In this document: positions 11,822 to 24,289 of the stretch, in pieces
Layout: each line of letters starts with the position of its first letter
How positions within the stretch are numbered: the stretch's first letter is position 1
Assembly (NCBI GenBank): GCA_002633005.1
Contig: NMRA01000454.1
Location: 96,552-139,647, forward strand
Direction: 5' to 3'
Origin: Phoronis australis
Lineage: Eukaryota; Animalia; Phoronida
DNA length: 43,096 nucleotides
Notes under the pieces: model-generated
Databases searched by the model: none
The model's input: only the letters and a program-made list of their open reading frames with translations
What the model was told of the DNA's origin: nothing
Position numbers and translations under genes: made by a program

Positions 11822-12333
11822 TGACCCCAAGCAATGAGAACTAATATGTTATTCAAATGAAAAACCACTTGTTGCTTATGTTTCAATGGCAATCTTTGGA
11901 GTACTCAAAGTTTGATTACAGTGTTGTTTATGTGTTGGGCCAAGTATGGCAATGTTTAAGTAGCTGACTGTAAACAAATGTGATGTCTGACATATTCATG
12001 ATTAGTAGCAGTGGTCATCTTTTTTCTTTACAAAGAGCTTGAAATTGTGTTTTTTAGAAAATTTTGGTAATTTGTAGTTTGATCATTGCGCATTTTATAG
12101 TAAAATGTTGCCAATTTTGTTCCCCGTCCTCAGACTCGACCTTTCTTGAAAACGTGATTTCAGTCGATAGTGTAATGCTGTAGATTCAAGAGCTGTATTA
12201 TGAAATCCACCAATCAATGACAAGCAGTGTCTGCTGACTTGAGCGCCATGCAGCACTTATGGGACACAAATTACTCAAGCCAAAACACCTTTCTAAACAG
12301 CAAGCATGGCACGTTATTCCACAGGAAGTGATC

Positions 12334-12339
12334 AATAAA
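12334..12339 (+). terminator. Candidate PITRM1 polyadenylation signal
   Basis: AATAAA ~510 nt after the stop; a second one at 12861. Confidence 0.4.
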
Positions 12340-12357
12340 ATTGTTTACAACATGTGC

Positions 12358-12850
12358 CAGTGGTGTTTAGATTGTAGTAGTGCTAGGGACCTACAGGCAC
12401 AACTGACGAAATGACCAGGACAGTGGTGTTTAGAGTGTAGAAGTGCTAGGGACCTACAGGCACAACTGACGAAATGACCAGGACACACGCTGCTAAATGA
12501 ATACATTTCCAGGATACTCGCTGCCAACTTGCTGCAAGACTAGAACACATGCTGCCAACTGACTACCTGACCAAGACGCATGCATCCAACTGACTACCTG
12601 ACCCAAGAGGCATGCTGCCAACTAACTACATGACCAGGACACACATGACAAGATGGCCAGGACACACGCTGTCAACTGACATGACCAGGACACATGCTGC
12701 TTACTGAATACATCCCCAGGATACTGGCTGCCAACTGACTACAAGACCAGGATGCATGCTGCAAAATGACTAGATGACCAAAATACACACTTAGTACGAT
12801 GACATGACCAGAGCACAATTGGCCAACTGACCACATTAACTGGATACATG
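12358..12850. repeat. 63-bp duplication followed by a degenerate ~31-bp minisatellite
   Basis: CAGTGGTGTTTAGA...GAAATGACCAGGA twice, then variants of CATGCTGCCAACTGACTACATGACCAGGACA. Confidence 0.85.
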
Positions 12851-13038
12851 CTAACTAAACAATAAACTTCCATGGGGTATGATTATGGCATATACTTAAC
12901 AAAACACAAAACGGTAGTATATCTTCATGTTACTTTTTGTTTATTCTGATTTGGTTCAGAATGAAACACAACTGTGTGGGTTCACCAAACTGCAAAATGA
13001 TGGGGCAAGTTGAGTTATTTCAAACTCCAAATTGTTTG

Positions 13039-13183
13039 AAATGAGTATTGCACTTTCATGATTACAACATATTTTAGTCGGCTTGGCATGTTTCGGTGTC
13101 CGCGTGGGTGTATCAAATAAGGACACTGAAACATGTCAAGTTGGCTAAAATCCGTTGTAATAATAAAACTGCAGTGCTTATTT
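13039..13183. mobile_element. Palindromic MITE-like hairpin
   Basis: ~62-bp imperfect arms (AAATGAGTATTGCAC...GTTTCGGTGTCC / GGACACTGAAAC...GCAGTGCTTATTT) around a ~20-nt loop. Confidence 0.7.
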
Positions 13184-14025
13184 AGTTTTTATTAAAAACG
13201 TTATATAAGTATGCTTTGCATTCACAGGTACTCCTAAGTTGGAATTTGTGCACAAACATGCTTTCGTAGTTGTCTCAGTAGAGGCTAAATCACAATCAAG
13301 GTCCATATTCGAGAGTAGACTGTGTTACGGTCTAAAATAAATTTTTGGTCACTTACCAAATGCCAACTGAATCTCAAATGCAAAGAGTTATTTAGTTGTG
13401 CAAATTAAAAAATAATCGTCAAAGTCGGACAATGTTTGAGAAATGTATGCATGTTTTTGACTATGAATTTCATGCATTTTTAGCGTTACGAGTGGCCATT
13501 TTAAAAATTAGTTTTCAGTTGTCAACAGTAGAAATGAAATGTATTTTATCAAGTAAGCAAATGCTTAGATATGACTGGGAGTAACTTGAGTCACTTTAAG
13601 AATCATTTATATGTTGTGCTTAATCATTGAGAAATGGTTGGGTTCATCATAAAGTAGGCACTCATTACGTAATTTGTAAATTCTGTGTTTCTAACCCTCA
13701 CCTGCTGTAAAGAAGGTTAAAAAGTAAAGTTCACACTGTCATAAAAAGACCTGTAGAATATGTTAGCCTAGGCAACACAGCAAAATATTCAATATCTAAA
13801 TAAAGCAAAAGTTTGGATATTGAATGGGTTCAGTGCTAGGTTAAAACTGGGCCAAAAAGTGTAACAAAATGTACTGTAGGCCTACTACCCCCATGTGGAA
13901 TTCAGTATCACAAGTGGTCATTGCAAATGAAATTGTTGCCTTTTAAATAACAATGTGGTACTTATTATCATCAAAGAAAAATAAATGACCATACAAGATA
14001 TTACCATGTGATGCAGAAACAGTGA

Positions 14026-14718
14026 TGTAGTGTACGTACTAGGCCTACCCTTGTAGTGTACGTACTAGGCCTACCCTTGTAGTGTACGTACTAGGCCTAC
14101 CCTTGTAGTGTACGTACTAGGCCTACCCTTGTAGTGTACGTACTAGGCCTACCCTTGTATTGTACGTACTAGGCCTACCCTTGTAGTGTACGTACTAGGC
14201 CTACCCTTGTAGTGTACGTACTAGGCCTACCCTTGTAGTGTACGTACTAGGCCTACCCTTGTAGTGTACGTACTAGGCCTACCCTTGTAGTGTACGTACT
14301 AGGCCTACCCTTGTAGTGTACGTACTAGGCCTACCCTTGTAGTGTACGTACTAGGCCTACCCTTGTAGTGTACGTACTAGGCCTACCCTTGTAGTGTACG
14401 TACTAGGCCTACCCTTGTAGTGTACGTACTAGGCCTACCCTTGTAGTGTACGTACTAGGCCTACCCTTGTAGTGTACGTACTAGGCCTACCCTTGTAGTG
14501 TACGTACTAGGCCTACCCTTGTAGTGTACGTACTAGGCCTACCCTTGTAGTGTACGTACTAGGCCTACCCTTGTAGTGTACGTACTAGGCCTACCCTTGT
14601 AGTGTACGTACTAGGCCTACCCTTGTAGTGTACGTACTAGGCCTACCCTTGTAGTGTACGTACTAGGCCTACCCTTGTAGTGTACGTACTAGGCCTACCC
14701 TTGTAGTGTACGTACTAG
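14026..14718. repeat. 26-bp satellite, ~26 near-perfect copies, cut off by an N join
   Basis: Unit GTAGTGTACGTACTAGGCCTACCCTT; one variant near 14160. Confidence 0.95.
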
Positions 14719-14719
14719 N

Positions 14720-14773
14720 CGAACTCACGACCTGGCGCATAGAGAGCGCCTACGTTACCACTACACCACCACG
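14720..14773 (-). mobile_element. tRNA-derived (SINE-like) head fragment
   Basis: Minus strand GTGGTGTAGTGGTAAC (A box-like)...GAGTTCG (B box-like), truncated at the N; no full cloverleaf. Confidence 0.5.
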
Positions 14774-15166
14774 ATTTAACTAGTAATCTCATACTAAAAG
14801 ACCTACTTGTTTATGGTCCACAGCGTTTGCGCGCGAAACCTACTTCTTTTCGTAATGCTTATTACACGTTTTATATTTTGTACCATGAATTCTTAACAAA
14901 TTTGTCGTATTTAAAATAGTCTTCAAATGCCCATAAGACCAAATCCGTTTTTCGTGTTGGCAATAATGACGGGTTGCTTTGGAAATCGTCTTAAGATAAG
15001 GTTTGAGTGACAAAGAGAGTATTGCGAGTTTCTGAGTGATTCACTAAGGCTTCGATTAAAATTCACATCTTACCAGCAGCTTCTGTTTTTTCATCGTCAC
15101 TCGGGTTCCATTCTCTTTAAAAAATGAAGAAAATTTTCTTCATTGCACAGTGGAGCAGACGCCACT

Positions 15167-16172
15167 GCCGGTCGCCTGAGATATCGCGGAAGAGCCTATA
15201 CTTAGCCATAGTTCCGTTGCGAATGCGCCGCAGTAGTGGCCATTTTTACTGTTTTCGATTCTTGTTTTTGCGTCCACCCCTCTATTAACCAAACCGCTCA
15301 AAGGATGATTGAGAAAATTGGCATGTACATGTATGTGCTTACTATGAAGAGGACGGTTGACGACGATTTTCCGACGATTTCGACTGCTGTTGCGCCTCTT
15401 AGTGGTAGTTTTGTTTTTGTTGCGCCTATGGCTGTATCTTCTAAACCCTTCGCAGGATCTTTACTTAATTTAGCAAGTGTATTTATATGATGTTGACTAC
15501 GGATAACGCCGGACTTTCGGACAGATCTGATTACTGCTGTGCCCCCTAGTGGCAATTTTAGTTTTTTACCTTTAACTCATTATATTTTTATAGGTCCTCA
15601 ACAGATTTTCATAAAATTTTAAATATAGGCACCCATTGGTGTGATGACGCTATCTTCCTGTTCTTGGTATTTTGAACCACCTAGTGGCCATTTTTGCTGC
15701 ATTCAAATCTTGTTTTTGGTGTCCACCACTGCATCAACCAAATCATTTGAAAGTTGGCATATATGTTCTCAGTGTGAAGACGACCTTTGGTGATGGTGAC
15801 TGACTACTGTGGCGCCTCCTAGTGGTAGTTTTGTTTTTCGCCCATAGTTGTATCTCCTAAACCCATTGCAGGAACTTTACTAAATTTAGTAAGTGTATTT
15901 ATATGAAGATAACAACATTCGACGACGTCTTTCAGGCGGATCCAACGGACACTGTGCTCACTAGTGGCAATTTCATTTTATTCTGTTTTCCTTAGTTTCT
16001 CTGAAGTTCCTTGACAGATTTTTATGAAATATGGCTTGTTCCTGTTTTTGGATGGATTGTATGTTTTTGTCCCATCTAGTGTCCATTTTTATGATACAAA
16101 TAAATAACCCTAAAAGCACATCATTTGCAATGCATTCGTGGGCGCATTTCAACGCTCCGCGTTGTTCTTGTT
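15167..16172 (+). mobile_element. Helentron-associated non-autonomous element with ~140-150-bp internal repeats
   Basis: 3' hairpin CAACGC-TCC-GCGTTG followed by TTCTTGTT; internal duplicated blocks (15230-15680 versus 15680-16090); left boundary approximate. Confidence 0.65.
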
Positions 16173-18004
16173 ATTTGTTCTCTTTGAATAGATTCAGTAA
16201 ATGAACTAACTCTCAGTAGATTTTAAGTATTTTTTGTAAACCTGACAAGTCATTGAAATGTGGTGTACGTAGCCCTGTGTAGTGTACAAAACTTCAACCT
16301 CTATGCTATAAAGAATTCCCCACAAGAAAATTTAAATACTGCTGTTCTCATGAACAATACTGATATTTCCAACATGCATCCAGTCTGACAAAAAACAATG
16401 GAGATTATCAAATTTGTGGGCATCAAAATGCCAAACAGGACTTGGCTTAAGTACTTAACATCCTAGAAGACACGCCATGTGACAATTGATGTTGCAGAGG
16501 CAGGTTCTCTATCTCTCAAGACACATTGCAACAAACCAACGGGTAGAGGCAGCACAAAACTCGAGACCATCCCAAACATTTGTAACAGTAAAAATTTGAA
16601 GTTAATTGACTGTGCGTAGTGTACGTACCCTCCAACCAGTACCATTTTTTACTGTTCACAAATGGAACACTGGGTCTAGCATTGCTTTAACTATTTTGAC
16701 TATCTGTCGAATTTATTGAAAACTAGGCAAATAGCACCAATAAAGTTTTTGAAAAAAGTATTTAATTGTCACATTCTTTTTGTAAGAATCATATTGCAAG
16801 AGAGGAAGTTCTCATTATACTGTGTTTAGATATGCAATGTATCATCATCTAGAACAACTTGATCAGCATGGTAATAACTTATCTTACTGAAGTATGTGAT
16901 ACTTCTTCAATTTGACCAAGAACTTGTTAAATAAATAGCTACCTTATGAATTTTTGCATGATAGAAGTTGGATGTGACCACAAGTTGTAGTGTACCTACC
17001 CTTTTGTAGAACTTAATGTGACGCATTATGACATAAAATTGTATTCGGTGGTTCTTGTGCAGAAATATTTTAGATTACAAACGTGGAATGATGGTACTTT
17101 AAAATAACCCAGCTTTTACAGTTATATGACAACCTTCATTTTTCACCAAAAGTGGCCACCGAATATGGACCTTGATTGTGATTTGCCCGTAGGCCTATGT
17201 GAACCATAAATCACAAACTGTCCGATATAGGCGGTGGGCCAGAATTTGTAGGGCTTCTAGAAAATGGTTTTTGTGAGAACTTTATGGGGGCAATTTTATT
17301 TTGGTGTTTTATAATTCATTTAGTAGAGTGTTTTCAAAATCTAAAAAGTTCCCACATATAAAGTTGCACATTTTTGAGAAATTTTAGTTTGAAGTTGCGT
17401 AATAACCACCATAGAGCTTAGAGAACTTGTATTTGTAAAAACAACAGTTTTTTATATCTTTTTGTAAAACAAGAAATATTGTCCCATCGATGTCATTGTA
17501 TTAAACAATAATAAACTCACATCACATGTTTTACTATTGTAGATTAATTGTAAACTGACATTTAAAAAAACATAAAGTGACACCTAGTGGCAGAAATGCA
17601 AACTAAGTCTTAATATTACAACTGAAGGAGGTTATTCTGGCATTGTCTGGCAACAAAAATGACACAAAACACTAGAGACTGGGAAAAATTGTGCATCAAT
17701 GACTGAACCATTAACTAATGGTATAAAATATAGCTTGTTTGCATAATACATCAGAAATACGTTATAGTACAAAAACAATATAGTTGAATAACCGCTGTGA
17801 ATATGCACACAGACTGTATGAAAATAATAGATTATTCTGACAGCAATAGCAAGCAGTATGAGACAAATACATGAAAAGAATCAAAGTATGTACTTTCTAA
17901 TTTGACTTAATCAACAAATAAAATACACTTTTTAATACAAAAAATAACGGGGTTGCAGATCTATTTAGGGTTGACTTGTCAAAGAACTATCCAATGTTAT
18001 ACAG

Positions 18005-18660
18005 TCAGTTTTGCTGATGTTACTACAGTTGTCAAAGCTGCACATTTCTGTACAGTTTGACCCAGCATTGCAGCACAAACTCAGTTTCACAGCACATGTG
18101 TTCTTTTTGAACTTTCAGTGTTCATCATTTAGTACTGTCAATGGAGCTGCGGGCATCGCCATGAATTTTAACGGCAAAAATCCACCGCCAAGGAGCCAAC
18201 TATGGTCGATTAGAGAGGGTAAAGCACTTCACACTGGTGATTGGCCCACATGCAATGAAGGGTCAAACACTAAGTCCTTTTTTGCAGGCGGGCAGGATCT
18301 GGGCAAAAGCTTGATTCAAAATATGTTATAATGGGCTGTGTTAATTAGAGTCAGCAAGGGAATTATTGAATTCTAGCCTCAATTCACTTTTGTATCTCTA
18401 ACTCGGGCACAAACTGCAACAGTGTGTAGCTTCAACAGTCATTTGTTAAGATTGCCTGTCTAAATAACTTCATGCACACCAGCTTTCCGAAGAACAGCTT
18501 CAAAGTCCTGCTTTAGTTTGAAAGGCAAATGACAGTTCCATGTGTTAGAAGCTTTGATTCAATGGACTCCAAACAAAAGTCTAGAAAAACATCTCTGAAA
18601 ACTTTGGATTCGTCACTCTTCACAATCTTCGTCTTTCTACCTTTTAATGCATGATGATCT
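18005..18660 (-). pseudogene. Transposase C-terminal remnant with a Cys-rich CXC-like tail
   Basis: Minus translation CLTLHCMWANHQ / SALPSLIDHSWLLGGGFLPLKFMAMPAAPLTVLNDEH*KFKKNTCAVKLSLCCNAGSNCTEMCSFDNCSN; fits the H..RA.YQ..LPSP..GW..PAP..CXC pattern I associate with Academ-type proteins. Confidence 0.65.
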
Positions 18661-18944
18661 GTGGTACTTGGCTTCTAACACACAAGGTCTTTATCTCTGA
18701 ATTTCATTTGCATATTCAGGGCTCTGAACTGAGCTGTTGCTTGTGATACAAGTCCAACTGAAAACAAACTGAACTGTTAAAGGAAAATGCCACCCGATTT
18801 AATTAGTCTTTTTTGCCGTCTTAATCGGTCTATATCCACATCGCCTCGCATACGGTCGCCTTACCTTGCCAAGAGGTGTGGCGTTAACCTGTGAGGAAGG
18901 TGAGAAACGATGCTAGCGACGTCAATGGTTCATATGCAGAGTGA

Positions 18945-19172
18945 ATGCCGCTATGTTGCAGTGCATCTTTCTCGCTTGTCCGAACTAAACAGCTGCGAAG
19001 AAAGCGGGTATATCGTTTTTTACTTCCTCGAGAGTCGAAATGCCTAGGAAGTGGCATGGTAGTGAAGAATGAAATGTACGCTGTAAATAGCAAGTATGAG
19101 GCCGTGAAACATCTCCGAGTCTGTGGCCTGCAGACGTCGAGAATGCCTGACGAATGCCGGCTTACCAAATAA
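18945..19172 (+). pseudogene. THAP zinc-finger domain remnant, copy 1
   Basis: MPLCCSAS...KAGISFF.LPRE..KW..VVKNEMYAVNSKYEAVKHLRVCG...RLTK, read across frameshifts. Confidence 0.65.
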
Positions 19173-19469
19173 CTCCATACGTTCCGTCTGAGCTTGTTCA
19201 CGGAGCCTCTCTAGTATTTCTTCATCACTGTATTCCTGTTCGAATTGATAGACTGTAAATCTTAACGATTCACCTGCGAAGTCAGGACTGATGAGCTCTA
19301 GCTCGTCCTAAGTCGGGATTGTGAGTTGCCATGTTGGCGTATGGTATTACTGAGCGTTCTCTTTCAAAATGAATTATTCTCACCCTAACCAATACTTACA
19401 TAAAACTGAAACGAAGTCTGTCTCATTAGATGCAATTTGTAATGCCTTTGCAGTATTCGTATGTATATT

Positions 19470-19690
19470 TCTTTGGTAAGCCGGACTTTGTCAGAGAAAT
19501 CACTGTCGACGAAATGGCGGCCACAGAGAAGAAGATGCTTCACGGCCTCATACTTGATATTAACAGCGTAACTTTCATTCTTTACTACGCGAGCCACTTC
19601 TTAAGCATTTCGGGCTCTCGAGGAAGTTGAAAAAACGATATACCCGCTTTGGAGTGTTCGTGAGTGCAAATGAATTGAGAAGCCAGCAAT
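19470..19690 (-). pseudogene. THAP zinc-finger domain remnant, copy 2 (inverted)
   Basis: KAGISFFQLPREPEMLKKWL / VVKNESYAVNIKYEAVKHLLLCGRHFVDSDFSDKVRLTK shows the THAP F.xP...W...CxxHF...DF...RL pattern; frameshifted. Confidence 0.75.
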
Positions 19691-20107
19691 GAATAAATCA
19701 CAGCGTTACCGGCTTTAGGTGCAATAAAACTAATTGACGGGACACCGGTAGGCCGTGTGAGCTCATGCTAATTTAGTGTTTGCTGGCAGAAACTGTTGTG
19801 AAACAGCTCGATTTCCATCCCACGGCCAGGAGTTAGGGGAATCTTTATTTACATTTACATTACTCAAATAATGATTGTCAATGTACAACTTCTGCCCTGA
19901 CGGTGCCTGTGGCCAAAGCGGAACCTGAATTCGCAGCCCCCGACGAGTTAGTAGATTTGCAGTTTCGTGGCTAATTCACCAACATAATCACCTGCACATT
20001 ACTTTGGCTCACTAGTATAGTATTTTCTTGACTGGAAGTTTAGTTTCCACTGAACTTTGGCTGGTTTATGTTCGTGATGTCTGATCAGTTTCCGAGCCAC
20101 TGGCCGC

Positions 20108-20615
20108 NNNNNNNNNNNNNNNNNNNNNNNNNNNNNNNNNNNNNNNNNNNNNNNNNNNNNNNNNNNNNNNNNNNNNNNNNNNNNNNNNNNNNNNNNNNNN
20201 NNNNNNNNNNNNNNNNNNNNNNNNNNNNNNNNNNNNNNNNNNNNNNNNNNNNNNNNNNNNNNNNNNNNNNNNNNNNNNNNNNNNNNNNNNNNNNNNNNNN
20301 NNNNNNNNNNNNNNNNNNNNNNNNNNNNNNNNNNNNNNNNNNNNNNNNNNNNNNNNNNNNNNNNNNNNNNNNNNNNNNNNNNNNNNNNNNNNNNNNNNNN
20401 NNNNNNNNNNNNNNNNNNNNNNNNNNNNNNNNNNNNNNNNNNNNNNNNNNNNNNNNNNNNNNNNNNNNNNNNNNNNNNNNNNNNNNNNNNNNNNNNNNNN
20501 NNNNNNNNNNNNNNNNNNNNNNNNNNNNNNNNNNNNNNNNNNNNNNNNNNNNNNNNNNNNNNNNNNNNNNNNNNNNNNNNNNNNNNNNNNNNNNNNNNNN
20601 NNNNNNNNNNNNNNN
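20108..20615. other. Assembly gap
   Basis: Run of N. Confidence 1.
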
Positions 20616-21365
20616 TTAAGGGTTTTACATCGAAGTTTGATGATTTATTGGTGTTAAACGATGACTTCAAGCGATAAGCTGACACCAGTAACCCGTGTTG
20701 TGAACTGCTGAACAGACTGCGTGTGAAACCGATGACGTCATTGGATAATTTCAACACCTCCGTCTTCCGTCAGGTTTCAGGTAACGCAACCGTGCGTGTC
20801 GTGGAGTAGAACTACTCGATCTAAATTGATACAATTTAGGTTGTTTTTTGGGTGGCATGCTCCTTTAACACTAATTTAACATTTAACTATGAGTGAGTTG
20901 GCATGCAAATTTTTCAGACGGACTTATCAGGAACTGATCAACCACCAGCGTAGCAAATTTACATGCCATTTAATCTGTCGCCTAAAAATGTTGATCGTCT
21001 AATAATTAGATTAGTTGATGCAACTGAAAATAAATCAGCTGATATACCAGAGCATTGATTGAAATTTATTTTTTTAATCAGATGCTCATACCATAGCCAA
21101 ACAATTTAAACTTAAGGTAATCAGCGTTTGACGAAATTGACAGTGGCTTCCGCTGTCCTCAAATTACGATGGGGACGCTGGTCGTATAGGCAATTTAAGT
21201 TAATTACCATTGCAGCTACCTAAGTAATTAATGTTTACAAAAAATTGAGAAAAGGTTCCCCCTCACCCCGCTATCCAAGGATTATGGGAGAGGATGACGA
21301 CCACTTGGGCATGTTGATTGCTACCATATACTCCATTTAACCTTCTCAGAAATTTTTCGCTTAAA

Positions 21366-21497
21366 CATGGGCGGCGCTGCACTGAAGAAAATGGGGGCTA
21401 AAGGCCTCAGCCCCCTGTGGTGCACCGCCTCTAGACCACGTCCGGCGTAGCACTGAAAAAAGTGGGGGCTATAGCCCCCTATGATGCGTCGCCCCTG
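21366..21497. mobile_element. hAT-like MITE, dimeric, copy 1
   Basis: CATGGGCGGCGC...GCGTCGCCCCTG; close relative at 41628-41775, monomer at 34326-34390; no clear TSD. Confidence 0.65.
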
Positions 21498-23267
21498 TTA
21501 GAGTGCTTAAAATCACACCCACGGTATCACGCCATTTGATTATCCCGTGGCGCAAGCAGTGTCGATGTGGCAACTGAACAAGAGAGTGTTCAAAAAACAG
21601 GATTGCAAGAGTGTTTGTTTCAGCTGGGATCAAATGAAAACATCAACAGCCCCCTCAGAGGCATCCTACGCGGTACTTCTAAACTTACAGCAACATGACT
21701 TATGGTTTAAACAGTGTGATGCATAATTTGCCGAAAATCATCCGGCATATGGAGTACCTATGGTACGATCACTGTCTCTACAGGGTCAGCGGTATTGTCT
21801 AAAGCCTAGGTAGCAAAGGGGCTGAACAAGTTAAAAGAACAACTGGGGATAGTACTGAAACACACATGGACAACACCAAAATGTACCTTTCAAAACACGT
21901 ACCTGTTTTTCAAAGCTATGAAGTTGTTAATTCTTTCTCTTTCTTGAAATGTGGTCCATAATATACTTTTCCTGCTAACAAATGGTGCACTCGTGTTTCA
22001 GAATGTTCAGATTAATTGGGTGTTTCAGATTTTGGAAGTCTAAGTGAATTGGGAAATTTTGGGTAACATCTGTATCACTTTCAGCAGTTTCAGCTTTAGT
22101 TCTTCTGCTGGTGTCTTGAAACGTTGCTATGCCTTTCTATGTCCTTTCAATTTTTGGTCTGACACTTGGTCTTCTACAGCAGTATACTGTTTAGGCTATA
22201 GCAAGACACGCAGCTGTTTTCTGCACAAACGTTTGTGAAACCTCTTCTTATTTTTGATCTACTAATCTACAGAGTTCCACAGTCCATCAGCTTTCGCCAG
22301 GATGCTTCTCTAAGCCTCTTGAGGTTCTGGCATCACAATTTTGTGCTGTATGATAAACCTTGAATTATACAGGCATCACACCCCATGGGAGCGGCCATAT
22401 TGAAGTAACTAAGGAGGCACTGAACAGTTCTCACAGGGAACACACGTCAATGGACTCTTCACACTTTTTTCACTCTGTCATGCATGCAAATAAAGAAAAA
22501 TTTTGAGTCATTTCACATCACAAGCACTATAGATGAGCACAGAAACTTCGTACTCTCTTGTATTTCTTACCCGTTCATTCCCAGTAGAATCCAAGCTGAA
22601 CTAAGAAAAATAAATATCAAAAATGCAAAATCGACACTTTTCACCCCAAAATCACCACTTCCCTGCCCATGGTCTACTAAAGCCAACATTAGATTCCGAA
22701 AGCGAATTTCCTACCGATTCCAAAAAGGTGATACAAAAGTACTGTCAACCAACTAGTTTTTATGCAAATCGGGCCAATTTATCAGTTGCTACACAGCAAT
22801 GCACAATTGCAACAGGGGGAGCCACCATCTTGAAGAAGAGTGTAGCTACAGCCGAGAAAGTGGCCTTTTTTCATTCTCAGCATGTTCACAAATGACAAAC
22901 CACATTCACTGAGCCTACATGCAATGCCTACGAACAAAATGCCCCCAATCTTGGCCTACCCCAAAATTTTAGCCTAACTATTCAGTGCCACCTAAGCACA
23001 ACAATGCAATCTGGCTCTCTGATTGGTCAACTCAATAGGAAATCGTCACCAAGGGGCAGGAATGTGCATAATAAAGTGTAATTCGTGCAACAAAAACACC
23101 TTTTTTTAAAAAAATGTGCAAGTGTAGAGGTGGGAACTTTTTGGAATTTGATTTATAGGTATGTTATCTAGCCACAATGGAAAAAACTAGGTTGCCCCCC
23201 CTCCCCCCCCCCAAAGTACTCACAAGGATGAACGCTATATGAGATCTGGCCCACCGACTGATAACTT

Positions 23268-23806
23268 AACCTGGTTCTCGCTGGTTCTCTGCGTGCCGCT
23301 AGGTGGGGCGGTAGCCGCGCCAGCACGCAGGTATCACTTAATTTTCCTCGGTAATTTTTTTACAGCGGCGTTTATGATTGGCTTGTAGAATTCTCAACAG
23401 GCAGCGTTTTACGCAAACAACCTGGCATGACTGTTAGACAGAAGTGTAAATGGGGTCTGTTCTACAGACAAATCGGTGATTAAAATTTATGTTCAGGAAA
23501 TGTGAAGCCATAAAATTGTGATTACGCCTTTTCGGAATGCATCTTTTTACTGTCGATGACTTTTGTTTACGATTGTGACCTGTATTCATACAGTATGAGT
23601 AACAAACTGGTTAAATCGAAATAGTTGCTGCGACGCCACTTGGATGACAAGGCTAAAATCGTTCACAGTCCGCCATTTTTTCACGGTGTTGTAAAGCTAA
23701 CCAATGTTTGCTGAGGTTACATCGACCAATGCTAAAGCGCGTGCTACTGCGTGACACCTGCGTGGTGGCTGGGCTAATCACGCATGGAACCATCGAGAAC
23801 CTGGTT
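23268..23806. mobile_element. MITE with ~28-bp TIRs, family unassigned
   Basis: AACCTGGTTCTCGCTGGTTCTCTGCGTG versus reverse complement AACCAGGTTCTCGATGGTTCCATGCGTG; inner pair CACGCAGGTATCAC / GTGACACCTGCGTG. Confidence 0.75.
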
Positions 23807-24289
23807 CTACTAACAACTATGCTGCTATTGGACAAGCAGACGACACACTCAGTCGGCACCGAAGTTTGAATTTTGTAATTAATTACCAGTAGCATTGCCA
23901 AAAGTACTCACGATACCAACAGTTCTACTATTGGAAGACTTTGAACAGCGTTTCAATGCCGATATTAATATTATTTCGTTGTACTGGACAGTAAAGTAGG
24001 CCTAGATGCAAATATTTCTCGTCAAAATACACTAACCGGAAACTGCACCAGAAAATTTAGGAGAGTGGCGGCGCCTCTTGGCTAGCACATAAGTAAATGT
24101 CGGAGTTGCGAATCTCTTGTCTATAATCTATGATGCTGCAAAATGTGTTGTCGTCAAATATTTTGAGGAAGCGCCGCCTAGCGGCAGTTGAACGTACTAA
24201 TTCAGCATGAATGCTGAAATTTTACTATGGTGTGAAAAAATTAACCTGCGTACCTGTTTTCTTGGTGAGGCCGAGACTATGACAATCGT

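Larger units (their letters stand above)
13282..17188. mobile_element. TIR DNA transposon, possibly Sola-like, carrying nested inserts
   Basis: 25-bp perfect inverted core AAATCACAATCAAGGTCCATATTCG (13287-13311 / 17160-17184); GTAG on both flanks as a possible 4-bp TSD; spans the N at 14719; superfamily is an inference. Confidence 0.65.
18781..20864. mobile_element. Kolobok-like DNA transposon
   Basis: TTAA-AGGAAAATGCCACCC ... GGGTGGCATGCTCCT-TTAA (15-bp TIR, 2 mismatches, TTAA TSD); THAP remnants inside; spans the assembly gap. Confidence 0.75.
17228..23260 (-). mobile_element. Academ-like DNA transposon, decayed, with a nested Kolobok and MITE
   Basis: Termini TAGGCGGTGGGCCAGA / TCTGGCCCACCGACTG, 3-bp TSD ATA; second inverted block AAAAAGTTCCCAC..TTGCACATTTTT at ~17340 and ~23110-23145; internal coding remnant. 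Confidence 0.7.

Noticed and set aside
11819-11824. TGATGA at the PITRM1 end as selenocysteine or read-through
   Set aside because: The position matches the normal PITRM1 C-terminus; a double stop is the simpler reading
8566-14718. 16-bp and 26-bp arrays as CRISPR arrays
   Set aside because: Units are contiguous with no unique spacers; eukaryotic context with no cas genes
14720-14773. Functional tRNA gene
   Set aside because: Only A-box and B-box-like parts; truncated at N with no verifiable acceptor stem
19999-20757. Long ORFs of 252 and 183 aa
   Set aside because: Artefacts of translating through the N gap
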